Assembly (NCBI GenBank): GCA_025786725.1
Contig: JAHLTZ010000008.1
Span: 310,001-374,000 of the forward strand
Direction of reading: 5' to 3'
Length of the DNA: 64,000 nt
From: Syncephalis fuscata S228
Taxonomy: Eukaryota > Fungi > Zoopagomycota
The number at the start of each line of letters is the position of its first letter. Position 1 is the first letter of the stretch. The position numbers and the translations under genes were made by a program. Shown piece after piece: positions 26,210-40,262 of this stretch. Under the pieces are notes generated by a model. That model worked only from the letters and a program-made list of their open reading frames with translations. It was not told where the DNA came from and did not search any database.

Positions 26210-26337
26210 TGATTAACAATAAAAGAGAACAGGTAGATAGATCGTATGAAGCAACAATAGTAGTGGCAGCAATAACAAGACAAACGTAATGATAAATGAA
26301 AGGACATGCATAGTAAAGCATCGTTAAAAAGCATGAC

Positions 26338-29323
26338 TTATTTCTTCATAAAGGTCTTGTTGAGCAGTGTAAGTAGACGTGCCACATTCAGCTGTACATA
26401 TTCCAGATCCAGTAACTGGACATTGTCTTGTTGCTTCTCCAAAAGATCGTCGAGTTTCAAGTCCATTTCCAAAATGGCCTTCTCACGGCCCTTATAGTGT
26501 AGGGAAATAACGAATGTACCCGTGGACGGTGACATAATGTTAAAGTAGATATTGCCACGTCTATTGTTGTTAATAGTCAATTAAATGAGGTATAAGCAAT
26601 TAAATCAGCTATATTATTGTTTTACTTACCGGTTTTCAGGTACGTTGCTTTCAACAATAACACCGTCCTTCTCTAGCTGCATATGAGCAAATTTGACTGG
26701 GCCTATCACACGGGCCGACTTGCTCTTCTTCTTAAGATCAAGTCCACTCGATTGAAGACGGACATTTTGCAAATACGCTTTGTAAGAGTCAAGCTGTGAG
26801 CGTAAATAGCTGTTATGGTCACAGATTGTTTTGTAAACACTTTCCAGCGATGCAATTTCTCGACAAACTTTATCACGAAGGTTGCCCAAATGCACCAACT
26901 CTTGTTTAATTTCTTCGGTAAGCAATTTGTAGTTGTCCATGCGATTGATCACGCCCAGTTCTTCAAGCTCACGCAGCATATCCGCCACCTTGATACCTTT
27001 ACGGACAAGTGTGGCATCTTTACTGGTAGCAGCCGCTTCAGCAACAGCCGACAAAACAATTGCCCGGCGTGCCATTTGTGGCATGGTACGTAATAATTGG
27101 ACAAAAATGGATTTCGTTTCCATAAACAAGATATCATTCTGACTTAGATTAGTATCACCAAGAATATTCATATCTAATTAAATCAAGCAATTTGTTAAAA
27201 TGTAATCACCTATTTAAGTGATGCTATTTACCATTGATAGGCGTTTCCCAACGACTGAATAACGCTAGCTCAATTGTTTTATTTTCGGATCGGGACACTT
27301 GAGCCGGTGCACCACTAAGCTCGTTCATAATGATACGTAAATGATCCGACTCGCCTGGCGCCTGTTATTTGTATTAGTATCGTAAATCATTTAATCACTG
27401 ACAAAGCTAACACTTACTAATTCATCCATATGACGTTCAAGCAACGCATGTGTATTGTAAACTTCATTCAGTGTAATACTAAGTGAAATGTCTTTTTTCG
27501 ACAATGCCATATATTGATCCATCTATTAGTAGCAAAAGTATAAGTAAATAGCGCAAAATGATATATTACAATGCCATTTTACCTACCTCTAATGATTCGT
27601 AAAAGTCACCAACTTCGCAAAGTTCATTCAAAAATTTGTTAATGCGCTGTTTGTTGTCATCTACAAATGGATTCAATTTAATCATATACACTTCTTTTGA
27701 GTAGGATGGTTTGTTGGCCAAATTTTGCAACATTTTAGCCATCTATAAATAAACAAACAATAGCTGATAAGTAATATGATTCATATCAATATAAATAAAC
27801 TTGCCAAAGTAAGTGTTCGACGTGGATTTTTCTCAGGATTGCCATCCACCAACATATACGCATTAGGCGTAACAATTGCTGGATTAATGAATCGCAAGAA
27901 GAAGAAGCCACCAATAAGTGAACATACGCTATATTCAGAGGCGTTGGGATATCGACGCTATAAATCAATATACAGCTAATTAGCAATGCATACTTGACCA
28001 ATAGCAATATAGTGTTACTACCTTAGTCAATGAACGAATCTGTTTGCATATCCAACGAATACCATACGGAACTTGGCCAATGGAGGCCAGAATGGTATCC
28101 AAGAATGAATTGGCAATTGCCATAAGTTTGTCCAACCTAGGCGCAATAATATTTTGAACATCTTCGTTTTCCGCGGCCATGTCACCCGATACACCGCGTG
28201 GTAGATTGCATGGCTCGCCGCGATCTTCCATATCTTTAACCATACGTTCATACACCTAGTGTGGCCATTATATTAGATAAAATAAACAACGGGCAACCAA
28301 TGGTAGTGCGCAGTTACCTTAAGTGGATTGATTTCCAAATCCGTATCACGATCTTCTATCAGCTTGTTGATGGAATCAGAAAGAACATGCTTCAAATAAG
28401 TTTGACCGGGACCACGACTAGTAGAACAAATAGCAGTGCAGTCAGTATGTGTATTTTACTAGACTATTTATTACTTACCGTGTATATGTCGTCATCATAC
28501 GAGATACTGGAGTATTGGCACGCAATAAACTACCAAAATCTGTAGCCATTTCAAACTGTGCCGACAATACACCTTGGAACATGGTCAATAAAAGATGTTC
28601 TTCACGTGATTCATACTGATTTCCGTAAAGGGTAAACATGACAGTTTGCAATAGAGTATCAATTTCTGATAAAGTAACTAAACGAGTAAGGTGTGCAATG
28701 TGGCGTGGCTCTGCTTGTAGTAAAAAAAACAAATTGCCATAATGCTATGAAATAATGATTAAAATCAAGCAATTAATATTTGATTAATAAAATGCATACC
28801 TGCTTTTTACGATCATCTGGAAAGCCGCCTTCAATATGTTCAGATTCTTCAAGATGGCTTGCTACTTCTTGTTGCTATATTGTTGTAAAGGATAATAGTG
28901 TTAGCTGCATCCATTATGACATGTAAATACTAATGCAAATATTACCTCGTGTAGTGCCATACGATTCTGGATGAGTAGCGCAATACGACTGTCCAAATAG
29001 CGGACATCGCGTTCTAAAATGAAATTACGTTTGGATTGAGACGAGATACGGGATTTGAGATCGCGCAAGCTACGCTGCTCCCGCGCAAGTTCATCCTCTA
29101 CTTCCTCGTCTTGTTCGGCCGCCATTGAGTAAAGTGCGCTTACCGAATAGCGTTTGCTAGTACGGTCGGCCATATTAAAGGGAAGGCCTTTGGCGGCAGC
29201 CATTGTAGCTGTGCGGGCCAGGACCGAATTAGATCCATTGGTGGCTTCGGTGCCGTTCATAGCGCCGGCGACATAATCCAATGTCTGCGTCATACTGACC
29301 GGGGCCGCCTGCGCGTCAACCAT
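26338..29323 (-). CDS. Ras GTPase-activating protein, Gap1/Sar1 type (RasGAP + RasGAP_C)
   Basis: [78 protein letters not shown]|[20 protein letters not shown]. About 12 introns. Confidence 0.95.
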
Positions 29324-32137
29324 TAGGCTTAGTAATATTTGAATAAAAGTGTATTGGTGCTATATCACACTATAGCTGTCCTAGTAAAGGTCTGCGGCGC
29401 TGTCTTTAAAAGTCTAAAGTAAAAATAAGAAGAAATGCAACACACGGCTAGTAAACAGCGGTTAGTCGGCCGTTTAGCATCGTGTTGTTTTAAATCACTA
29501 TAATGGCACACAGCCTCGTGTGTCGTTTATGATAATGCCGTATCATATCTTCACATGGAATTCATACACAACATTGTGTCACTATCCCAATTCAGCTACT
29601 ATTGTGTGTCCACATGGCATTTTATGCACGATCACCATATAGATATAATGGAACAGTGGGGAAGAGAGAGAAAAGTGAGAAAATACGTAAATGACAGAAA
29701 AGAAAGCACAGTAATACTAATCAAATACAAAGCCTCTTAATTCGCTAAAAATACAGAAATAGAATTCAAGCTATGGCCTTTACTGATCTCAATTTGATAT
29801 GTTGCATATCTATACCCGTTATTTAGATTGTATGACCTACCTAATAAAATAGCGTTCGTCAAGAAACACTGTAATAAAGAAACAAAGAGTTAGTAATTAA
29901 AATAAGTAATATCTTTGTTTGGATGAAATAAAATAAGCGCTAGTATATTATATCCAAATCTCCTTAGTATGTCGCTCCCTTTACAAATGACAGCTGTTGA
30001 GAAACAGAGGGCTCACGTTTTAAGCTAAAATCTCCCTTAGGAGACCTGACATACTAGCCAGCTGCAGGTTGGAAGAAGAGTGGCACTGCTTATACAATCC
30101 TATATCAATATTACATACAGATATGTAGATGTAGAATATACATATGTATTATATTGAGATGAGTATGTAACAGGTCTGGACTATGGCCAAACAAGTTGCT
30201 TATCTCTCCATAAGCAATGATAGGTCGACTGGCTGTCTAAACTCAAAAAGTACTTACCGTGTGCTTACAACAAAATACTGCAAGTGCCGCAATAATAGTA
30301 ATTAAATGCCAGCAAAACAAATAGCTAATGACCAGATATATAGTGGCCTAAAACAATAAAGTACTAAAGTAGCAGCACCAGGAGCAACAGAAACTAAAAA
30401 GAAAGTGAGAGAGACGGCTGTAGAATAGAGTTTGCAGACGCGCAATAGTATAGTAATCACTAGGGACGAAAAAGGTGCAATATCTTTGGACGATTGAACG
30501 AAAGAATAACTTGCTATAACTAATAGAGGAAAAGAGTCGTGCTTAAGTGAGATGAGTTGACGACGGATGAAAGTAGCGGTAATAGTTGGCTAAAAAAGTG
30601 AATGGAGAATAGAGAGAACGATGAACAATAAAAAGTTAACAAGGCGAGGAAAGTTTAGGCGGCGTGTTTGTGTGGTGTTTGTGTGTTGTGTGTGGCAGGT
30701 GGGAATGATTATTCCTGTTACACTAATGCGGCCGTTGAATATTTAACAAGCGCTTTATTAGCAACACAATAGTAACTCAGTTATAAGTGTGTTGTAGAAC
30801 CCAGCTCATTAGCAACAGTACCTTCGTCTTTATTGATAGTACCAGTTGCTGTAACGCTGTATCCCACTCAGCCGCGGCCCCTTGTGTCTATTAAAAAGTA
30901 AATCAGTTTAAACTTTTATTTTTTATTGCGCCATCTTTTTTTCAGTTAAATGATCGAGGTGTTAAGCTTTACAATTGCTAATTCCTAAGCACAAAATCAT
31001 TGTAAATAAAGTTTTTTAACAGCTAGTAGCGCTTAATTACTAAACAGCAAACATTAACAATTACTATATTGTTTAAATTTGTTTAGATTAATTAAAAAAT
31101 ACTCGTAAATAAATTATTTTCTTCTATTGGTTAAAATAATTTACTGTATACATCTACAATAGGATCAATATGGGATGAAAAGTATGCATAATGGCATTAA
31201 AATTTACAATGAGTAGAATGTGTTTATTATATGGTGAGATGATGCACAGTGATATCATAATATATATATTAGCGTTGTTGCGATTCTACAAAAACACAGC
31301 GAAATGACAGCGATAAATTGATCTTATAACAGTCTATGTTGTTACTCACCTTTGTTATATAAATAGTCGTCTAAGCTGCTCGCTTATTTAATTAATTTGA
31401 ATGATAAAATCATTTAAGCAGTTTTATTTTATTCAGCTACAGCTACTATCAGTGAATTATCAAAATCATTTAATTGAAATAATTTGACAATTAAGCTGAA
31501 ATCGAATTATAATAAAACGAATTTACTCTTATAACATTCGTTGAGCTTTTTGCAATAAAGGATATTGCCAAACATAGCGTACAAATGTAAGTTTATTATG
31601 CAAAGCAATCGTAAGCACACGAAAACTGATATGCAGGGTGAATTGTACAATAAAAGCATAGAAAACAATCACGGTCAGACCTTACTTTTGACTTCATTGT
31701 CCTTTACCTTGGCCACTGACTAGCCATATGAATACACATACTAGACGGTAGCTAAATGATGAATCAAAAGTTAGCGCTACCCATCTTTTCTGAATAATCA
31801 GCATGCATGACGTTTTCAATTGTCAGCCGAATTTCGTAATAGTTGGGCCGAGTGTTTGAAAATGGAAATTAAGGCCTTCAATATTGTGGGCGCGTGGACA
31901 TGCATGTGGCTAGCAAATGCAGTAAATTGCCTAAAAGAAACAATACTTAAACGCATGGTATTGGTGGGCATGGCAGTTACACAGCAGCGTTGATTACAAG
32001 GCGGTCATTGTCACACTATTTTCAATTGGCTTTTGTACGTTTTATTTAATTGACAACAAACAGTGATTGTTTTATGGCAATAGAAAGAGAAAAATATATT
32101 TATAATAAAGTATAATCATTGATAGCTTTTATTTCCA

Positions 32138-33293
32138 TTAATGTTCGTCACTGATAACGACACTTTCCAATTCTCCAGTTGCTACGGTTGGCGACGTTCT
32201 ACGAATGCCGGCAACACAGCTTGGTGGTTCATTGTGCCGTGTAGTGGCGGCATTGTTGTTTGAAAGATGCATGATGCGAAGGTTGCTTGGTGGCGACTTC
32301 TTATGATATCGGCTAGCTGGTTCGGGCGTAACTCGTGGCGATTGAGAATTGGATGGTGAACCCATTTCCTGCTGCGTTACCACTAAGCATGGCTCATCCC
32401 CAATGCTGGACAATGCCGTTTGGGGGAATAGTGTGATGGCGTAGTAGACAGCCATGACACAATAGCTTGGATAAGGAACAAATAGTAGCATGCTTATGTT
32501 GGTGCCTAGTAAAAGAGCAAACATCACTGATAGTAGCAATGCCTGTTTACGCTTTGTTTGCATGCCAGGTGTTTTATGGCTGGGACATCTTACAAACAGC
32601 ATAAATGAGTAGGATGTCAGTGAACTTGTGCCGCTAATAATAAACCAATGGCCGATCCAGTAGAGCGGCATAAACAACAGAAACTTAATTGTTGCAATAA
32701 AGTAATTATCGTTTGCTAGCAAATTAATTACAAGAGCCCAAGCTAATCCGATAATAATCGAGCCAAAGCTAAAGAAACAGAACCATGAAATGCCTATTGG
32801 GTAGATAAGACTGTTAAGAAGACTTGGAAATCCTTTCATTGATCGTCCCCTATTAGCAAATTAACATTTAGTATAACATACAAAATAAATACATTAAAAC
32901 TTACCAGCGTATAATAAGAAAAGTAGTCAGTCCAAGAGCAATTAGATTGGACAATGAATTAATAGAAAGTGAAATGGCAACAACTCGATAATCGTGACTG
33001 GCTAATTGTGTGATCATACCACTGCAAGCAATTAGCAAACTGAAAGCCATTACAGCATGGTATTTAGTCCTAGTCTGTCGAAACCTCCAGCAATGTAGAA
33101 GAAATAGACCGAAATAGACAACCAGCGCAATGATTGATAAATACAGGACGGGCGTTAAAATGGTAGATTTTAAATGCTTCAACGGATCTACCGCATCTTT
33201 GATCTTGATTGCTTGTTCTTGGGCTTTACTTGTTTGTTCTTTAATTACATTGCCGCTTTTAGATATAGCAGATTTAACATCATCAAGTACCAT
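32138..33293 (-). CDS. Multi-pass (about 7 TM) membrane protein of unknown function
   Basis: Two exons (intron 32850-32904) with about 7 hydrophobic segments and a polar C-tail. Confidence 0.75.
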
Positions 33294-34249
33294 ATTGCTA
33301 TTGATTTAGTTGAATGGCTAGTTGATTGCTTGATTGCTTGATTGGTTGGCTTGTTGGTAGATAAATAGTGCTAATAATCTTGCCTGGAGAAGTTAAAATG
33401 ATGAACACAGTGTTATCGACAAGTAGAATGATGCAATGATACAGCAGTGAAATAAAACAGATGAATCGGTCCAGCCGATATTGAAGAGTCAGGAAAATAC
33501 AAACGATAACGTCGACGTTCAAATACAATCAATGAACAGAAGGTACGACGAAAAGGATGTTGCTGTCAAGGTGAAGTGCGTGAGTACGGGTAAAGAGCAA
33601 CGGTGTAGCCGCTACATGGGCTGTATTTATGGCGAACAAACAACGAGAACGTCGAGCCGAGCATGTGTTGTCGGACTAAACATGTTGGCGCTTCAAACCA
33701 GTCATTGCACGGCATGTTCTCCTATCAATGTAAGTGTGTGTGTGCACTTTACCTGCATCTATGTGCCTTTTGGATATGTCAGGCGCATTGGGTACACAAC
33801 ACAAGTTGAAACAGTATGCATCATTTGAAACGCTGACCCTTGTGGCCAGTATTCATTCTACAATGTCTAAATATCATTACACACTTCATCCAGTGTCACG
33901 CTTTTCAAAGGCGCGTGACAACCACCATTGTATTTGCAACGTGCATTTTTATATTAAATTCATTGAACTGGTATCAAATGTTAAGCCAACAGATGCTATT
34001 TTAACGATTGCCATATAATCAACTAAAGTAATAACAATAGCAATTTATGCGTGCTAATGTTAAAATCTGGCACTTTAAATAATTATCGTAAATCATAGCT
34101 TGTTCAATATTTTTAGCATAATTAATTTACTGAGTGCCAAAACAAAGGCTTTAAAAGTGCCACACACTTGAAACAATAACGCACATCAAACACGCCTTTA
34201 ATCAAAGGTAACAAATAATTTTAATATGCAATTTATCCCGCGAATATAG

Positions 34250-35035
34250 TTAATTCTCATCCTCGTGGGGGAACACTGCTGGCGGCAGAAATCCATAAAG
34301 TGCTCCGCCAATAATTAATGCCACGCCAATAAATGCACAAATGTATCGAGCAATCATTTTCTTTTTGTGGCGTTTTATAGGATTTGCCAAGGTACCATTC
34401 GTGACCATTTCGGCTGTTTGCGGCTGCGCCATTTGCAATTGAAAGTCTTGTTTTTGATCTCGAATACGGCAAAAGGTAATGGACGCAAATAATATACCAA
34501 GAATAATAAGGATGACACCCACAATAAGATGACCAAGAAAAAACGAGCCCAGCTTTCCGTCGGGGCAGGCAAACTGATTGTTACGCGCAGAGAGTTGTAT
34601 ACATTGCTTGGTGTTACACTATTAATCAACAGTGTTGAGTTTGTTATCGATTTCTTGGCATTTTCGTCGGTAGCTTACCTGATCGCTCGTTAAACATAAG
34701 CTGTAAGGCTTTTTAATTTCCTTACAGCTTCCATTTAGGCTGCAGAATCCGTCGCGACAATTACCATAAGTGTGCCAGCCTTGATCTTGCACAATGTTGG
34801 TCAATTTATCTTTGAATTGCTGGCGTAACTCAATGGTATTTGGTACGGGACAGTGTTCGCAAGTGTCGCCAGTCAGAACAAGCGGTTTATTTACAAATTT
34901 GATCGTAGAGTCGGAAATAATACATCCAGTAGTGCCGTTTGATTGGCAAAAGTACCCACTTTCCTGGATATAGCAATAAGAGCCTTCGGGACATAGGCTG
35001 CCCGTGGTTGAGCATGCTTGTGAAGATGATGACAT
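34250..35035 (-). CDS. Cys-rich domain followed by two TM helices
   Basis: Exon 1 has 11 Cys and splices (about 34621-34678 intron) in frame into CNTKQC...C-PDGKLG-TM1-loop-TM2. Confidence 0.7.
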
Positions 35036-35402
35036 GCTAATGTGCTAGCTGTAATAACAGTTAAATAGACCTAGCACTAGTTGAGTTAAATAAAGCGTGT
35101 AGAATAATACAATAGAGTATGCTTTCAATGAAGCGCAGCCGCAAACAAATAAAGTGTTTGTTTATCTTGATATAGAATGCACCGAAGTTTAGGAAGCGCA
35201 AGATGAGCAATGCAAGAAAATACTTGGCAGGAATACGCGAAGATTCAACTGTACTTGGTATTAGCGCACAGACAATTAGTAAACCAAGGTCTATTCTGGT
35301 TACAAGTAACGAAAGAAAGATAAAACGAATTAAAAGTAGAAGAAGTGGCGAAAACAACCAAGGCATATAAAAATTATTAATTACATACTCCTAATCAGTC
35401 GG

Positions 35403-35647
35403 TGGTTAAATTTTACTTTGACCTCTACTTTGGGTCTCAGAACAAAATTTGTTTAATTGAAGTTGCGCTGTTATACAAACCACAATTATATTGCTTTCTA
35501 TTAAGATTATGTTAATAAATTGCCTTAAACAAATAATATAGCATATTATATAATTTCTTTGAAACACTTGAAGCCGATCATTATTATTATTGTTGTTGTT
35601 GGCCATGTGTAGAAAGATTGATCGAATATTAATAGAAGCCTTATGAT
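35403..35647 (+). repeat. Dispersed repeat, copy A (homologous to 49294-49486 in inverted orientation)
   Basis: Shared blocks tggttaaatt...caaaatttgttt...ctgttat and tgaaaca...tattgttgttgttggccatgtgtagaaa...gaatattaatagaagcc. Confidence 0.75.
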
Positions 35648-36255
35648 ATTGTATTACCATATTTTTAGATAATTTCATTTATAATCATATATTTATGGCC
35701 AATGTACTTGTTTAATATCCAACTACCCAATTATTTATTGATATATAATAATAGCAGTTATAAATAAAAACATGACAAATCTGATTTAACAATTTTAAAA
35801 TAGTACAATATATTTATTATAGTAAGGATGTCTATCAATATGATCAATAATAAACACTGTCCTATTATCAATAAAACACCATCGATTAAAAGCGGAATGA
35901 ATGAGAATAAAAGCTGGACCTTGGTGTATAAGGAGCTATATAGTGTAGTTGTCAAATGATTTTCTTGTTTTCTAAACGTATATCTAGATATGTTAAAATA
36001 ATAACTACGGCTGCAACTTGCTTGGTTTGCCAGTTATCTTGTATTTTAATATAGAATAATTAATCCACAGCCCAACTTACCTTCTATTAATTTTCATGTA
36101 ACTTAAAGACTATAAATAGTGCTTAATTATAAAAATATGTAAGTATCAATGCTATTAATCTATCATGCAACATACGATCTATAATAGTTGATTATTAATT
36201 ATAACCAATCATCTTGTAAATATAACAATTTAATAATAATAATAATAACGAAATG

Positions 36256-37456
36256 CTAATTTGTTTGTTTTTGCAATAAGTCAATCAATCGTTGTCCTTC
36301 CGTTTTTAATCTTGCAATCTGCTCTTCAACAATTTGCTTAATATATTCTTCTACAGTTAGCTCTTCCATTTCTTCTTCATTGTCGTCGCTCTTATTACTA
36401 TGTCTTTTACTGTCTTCGACCGCTTTTTCCTCTACGCCATTAACCTTTCTTCCTTTTCTTCCTCGTTTTCCTTTCGTTTCCTGTTCCAAGTCGTTTCCCG
36501 TGCTACTTGCTCGTTTCTGACTTGTTTCCCTTGTCGTTTTCTTTCCTTTATCTGGCCATCCAGCAAAAAATGGGCATTCCGCACATCGTTTCTTATGCTC
36601 TTCACTAAAAGTATACAGTTAGATTTGTTATATAGCGACTGTTTGACAACAGCTACCTACATTGGATCGTCTTTGGGTTCCCATCCATCAAGATTAACGC
36701 CACAATAAACACATACAACTGCATCATCCGATTCAGGCCCTGGCATGTAAATAAATCCTGCCTTTGCCATCTAATTTCATTTTAATCTAGCTATTGTCAC
36801 TGCAATTTACACATCCCACTTGACTGCTTACTTTGGTGCTTGATACCTGCCAGCCACGTTTTCCATCGTGTGGCCACCAGTTGCCAAATGTTTCTATTCT
36901 CCATTGCTCCATACGTGCCGATTGACCCGTTTGTACCTGCTGCCACAGCTCTTCTTCATCTTCACTGTCCACTGCTTTACTAGTTGTTTTGCCAAATGCT
37001 TTGATCCACATTTGTGTCCAGTCTTCATTAAGTTCGCTTGCATCCATCAGCTTCTTATAGCTATTACCGCCCTGTGCAGCCTTAATACTTGCAGTAGTTG
37101 GCTGTGTTCCATGACGCAAACATACTAGCACCACCCATGCACAGGTGGGTGCTTGGGTAATGTGTTTGGTAAATGGATCATCAGTATTTGGTGTCCAGTC
37201 TTCTATAACCTCCTGGCATATAAAACATTGCACAGCATCTTTTTGGTCGGTGGACGATTCATCGTGAAAAAACCCCGCAAGAGCACACTAATACATAGCT
37301 CATTATAAATACGTCTAATTAGCTAATATTGAACTAGCTATCTACCTGTTTGGGCGAAAGCTGCTTATCTTTACGATAGGGCCAGCCATTCTTGCCTGTA
37401 CGAAACGATTTTACGCGATGTTCTAAAACAGCGTTTTTATTCTTCAAGTTTACCAT
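36256..37456 (-). CDS. BIR1: BIR-domain protein (Bir1/survivin-like chromosomal passenger subunit), two BIR repeats
   Basis: RVKSF..WP...ALAGFF...VQCFIC...W...DDPFTKH....PTC; RIETF..WPH...MAKAGF...VVCVYC...GWEPKDDP..EH....C; C-terminal LTVEEYI helix. Confidence 0.9.
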
Positions 37457-38117
37457 GACTTTGTTTGTTTGTTTGTTTGCTTGTTTAAATGTCAAGTATA
37501 ATAATAGCACTGAATATTGTAGAATCGGTACGTAAAAGGACAACTGAGAAACACCCGACTAGTGTAAAAATAAAAGCAAATAAACAAGCGTGTATTAAAT
37601 AAAAATTACTACGTATTTTGATTACAGTTTTATTATTGATGTTAATAGATTTGATTGTAGCTGATGTTTCGCTCAAAGTTAAACAAAAATAGATAATTGG
37701 CTACAAAATTATTATTATTCAACCATTTGATCAGTTAGCCATCTGGCAGGCTAATTATAAAATGATTTATTTAAGCAACAATTATCTTTCAAACGGATGG
37801 TTAAATATAGGCTTAAAAATAGCAGTTAATAGTAAAATAGTTGTGTAGCAGTAATAATCTGTTGATTTGTTTGGCGTGATAAACTAAAGGCAGGCCACTG
37901 TTATGGTATTAGTGTGTACAGAGCCATATCGTTGTCATTTAAATGAACCGTCATCTAATAGATTGCCGATAGTTACCAAAAGATAGTAATGCTGGCCAAG
38001 GAATGATTAGGAAGAAAAAGTGTAATTAAATGAAAGTTTAAAATATTATCGTTTCATCATGAGAGTGCTAGTAGTACTAATAGTAGCAATAGAGTAGTAG
38101 CACTATCATTATAATCT

Positions 38118-38896
38118 TTAAAGTATATTACATCTTGCATACTTTTTGCGTCCTTTACCCGTGTCAATGCCACGTCGTCGGCGCACATCTCCAGACTTTC
38201 CAGCTGCATCTCCTTGCATTGAATCGCTATCATTAACCGTTACAACCGGCTCCTTACCAGTATCTTTGGCGCCGCGTCGTATCCGTTTCTTTTCACGGAC
38301 CAGACGCATCATTTGCTCGAAGATTACTGCAACATTGTCGGCCGTTTTAGCACTGGTCTCTACATAGGCACAGTCCCATGCATCGGCCTGGGCGCGCGCC
38401 TCCTCATACGACACTTCTCGCTCTTCCATAGGCCGATCAGCCTTGTTACCAATAAGTAAAAAGGGCACCGAGTTATCACCAAGTACACGAGTAATTTGAT
38501 CGCGAAATTCGCTCGTCTCTGCAAAAGATACAGCATCGGTCAGCGAGAAGCAGCAAAGAAAGCCTTCTCCACTTCGATAATAATTATCACGAATCTATCA
38601 ATGGCAATCAAGGTTGTTGCAATTATTATCCAACATTAATACTATTAGCTTTGCCTAGTCCATGTACTTACTGCACTATATTCTTCTTGGCCAGCCGTAT
38701 CCAGAATATCGATTTGACAATCTTCTCCGTCAAGCACCACCTTCTTACGATAGCTATCCGCCTTCGTAGGATCGTATGTTTCGACAAATTCACCGTACAT
38801 ATACTGAAGTGTCAGGGCACTTTTGCCCACTGCACCAGAACCAACAACAATCAGCTTGTAGCAAGCTGGGTCGGCACGAGCACCACGTTTACCCAT
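38118..38896 (-). CDS. Ral-subfamily small GTPase
   Basis: Effector loop [12 protein letters not shown] (Ral-specific KA), [24 protein letters not shown], CaaL tail CNIL. One intron, about 38596-38670. Confidence 0.88.
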
Positions 38897-40262
38897 GATG
38901 AAGGAATTGGTAGGTTAAAACTGAAGAGAGGCTGGGAGTAGAGAGAGAGAGAGAGAGACCTGCAAGCAGGACAGTATAGCAACTAGGAATGTAGACGGCA
39001 CGTGAATAGCTTAGTGTCAGCGTAAGTGATGGTAGAGGAAGATGAAAAGTGGCTTAAGGTAAAGGCGCAAAATAACAGAAACATGCAGGTCGTTTGTGAA
39101 GACTTCCCATTATGTTACAAGTCGCCCTTCTACCATGCTAAAACCAACCAAACGCTTCAATAAATGGCTAAGCTTGACTCCCAGGCTGTAAACAGGCTAC
39201 TTATTTTGCGTGTGAGTGAGTGTGCTCGCGTGCGCGTGTACGCATTGGTGGTCATGGAATGATATTCATCGCATGGCCAGCCTTGACCATCTTTTGCCGG
39301 ATGTATGAAATAAAAATGACTTTTATTTATCTAAACTATTGCCCCATAACCTGCGGCAAACGAACCTTGAAACGGTAATGGCTTGCAGCCATTTGTCGCA
39401 AACTTATAAGCGTAGCTAAAATGCAATATTAATGCCAAGGTCTAATTTCATCGTATGTCCTAATGTTATTTGCATCGAATCGTTGATAGTTTTCGATGTG
39501 TACCTTGTAGTAACAATAACAATAATGATAATGATAATAATAAAATAACTGTACAAGTCAAGTTTGTTTTATTCAAATTAAATATTGTAGAATTTTTTGA
39601 CGTTTACCAACTGGGCGTTGTATGGCGTTGATAGGAGCGATGGCTGGCGTGTTGTTACACCATATGTTGATTCTGATCGATAAAGGATGGCATGTGGATA
39701 TTACACGCCTATAATGGCCATAGCATATGGCAAAAGTATCACATTCTTTATCAACAAAAACAAATAACACAATGTAAAAAGGAAAAACTTATTGCGCTCC
39801 AAATCACAGTCAAATATCGAATGTAAATAGAATACTGACTAATATATCTGTGCACTAAGCATGCAAGTTGATGATGTGCATAGGTAAATCCTTTATTTTT
39901 CACCAGTGTTATTTAGTCATTTGATTTACATTGAAATATTAACATAGTACATTTAGTTACACTAGATACAACCACAATACAATATTTATTTTAACAAGAT
40001 ATCAGTGGAATAAAAATAGAATAACGTGTATAGTATATGTAGTATTTATAGTAGTAATGAATTTAATACTGTAGAATATGCATAATATTAATGAACGTGT
40101 ATAAAATATGCCTTAATGTTAGGTACGATAACCAGGGCCATGCAAATAATTGGCATATATAATCATATTATCAATAACCATTAAAACATAGCAAGTTACA
40201 CAAAAGACCGATTAGCGGCCAACACAGTTTCAGCAATAATAAAATTTTTATTATTTTTCCAA

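Noticed and set aside
26338-38896. RasGAP and Ral as a functional gene cluster
   Set aside because: They are 9 kb apart with unrelated genes between them, and Gap1-type RasGAPs are not Ral GAPs. Proximity is probably chance.
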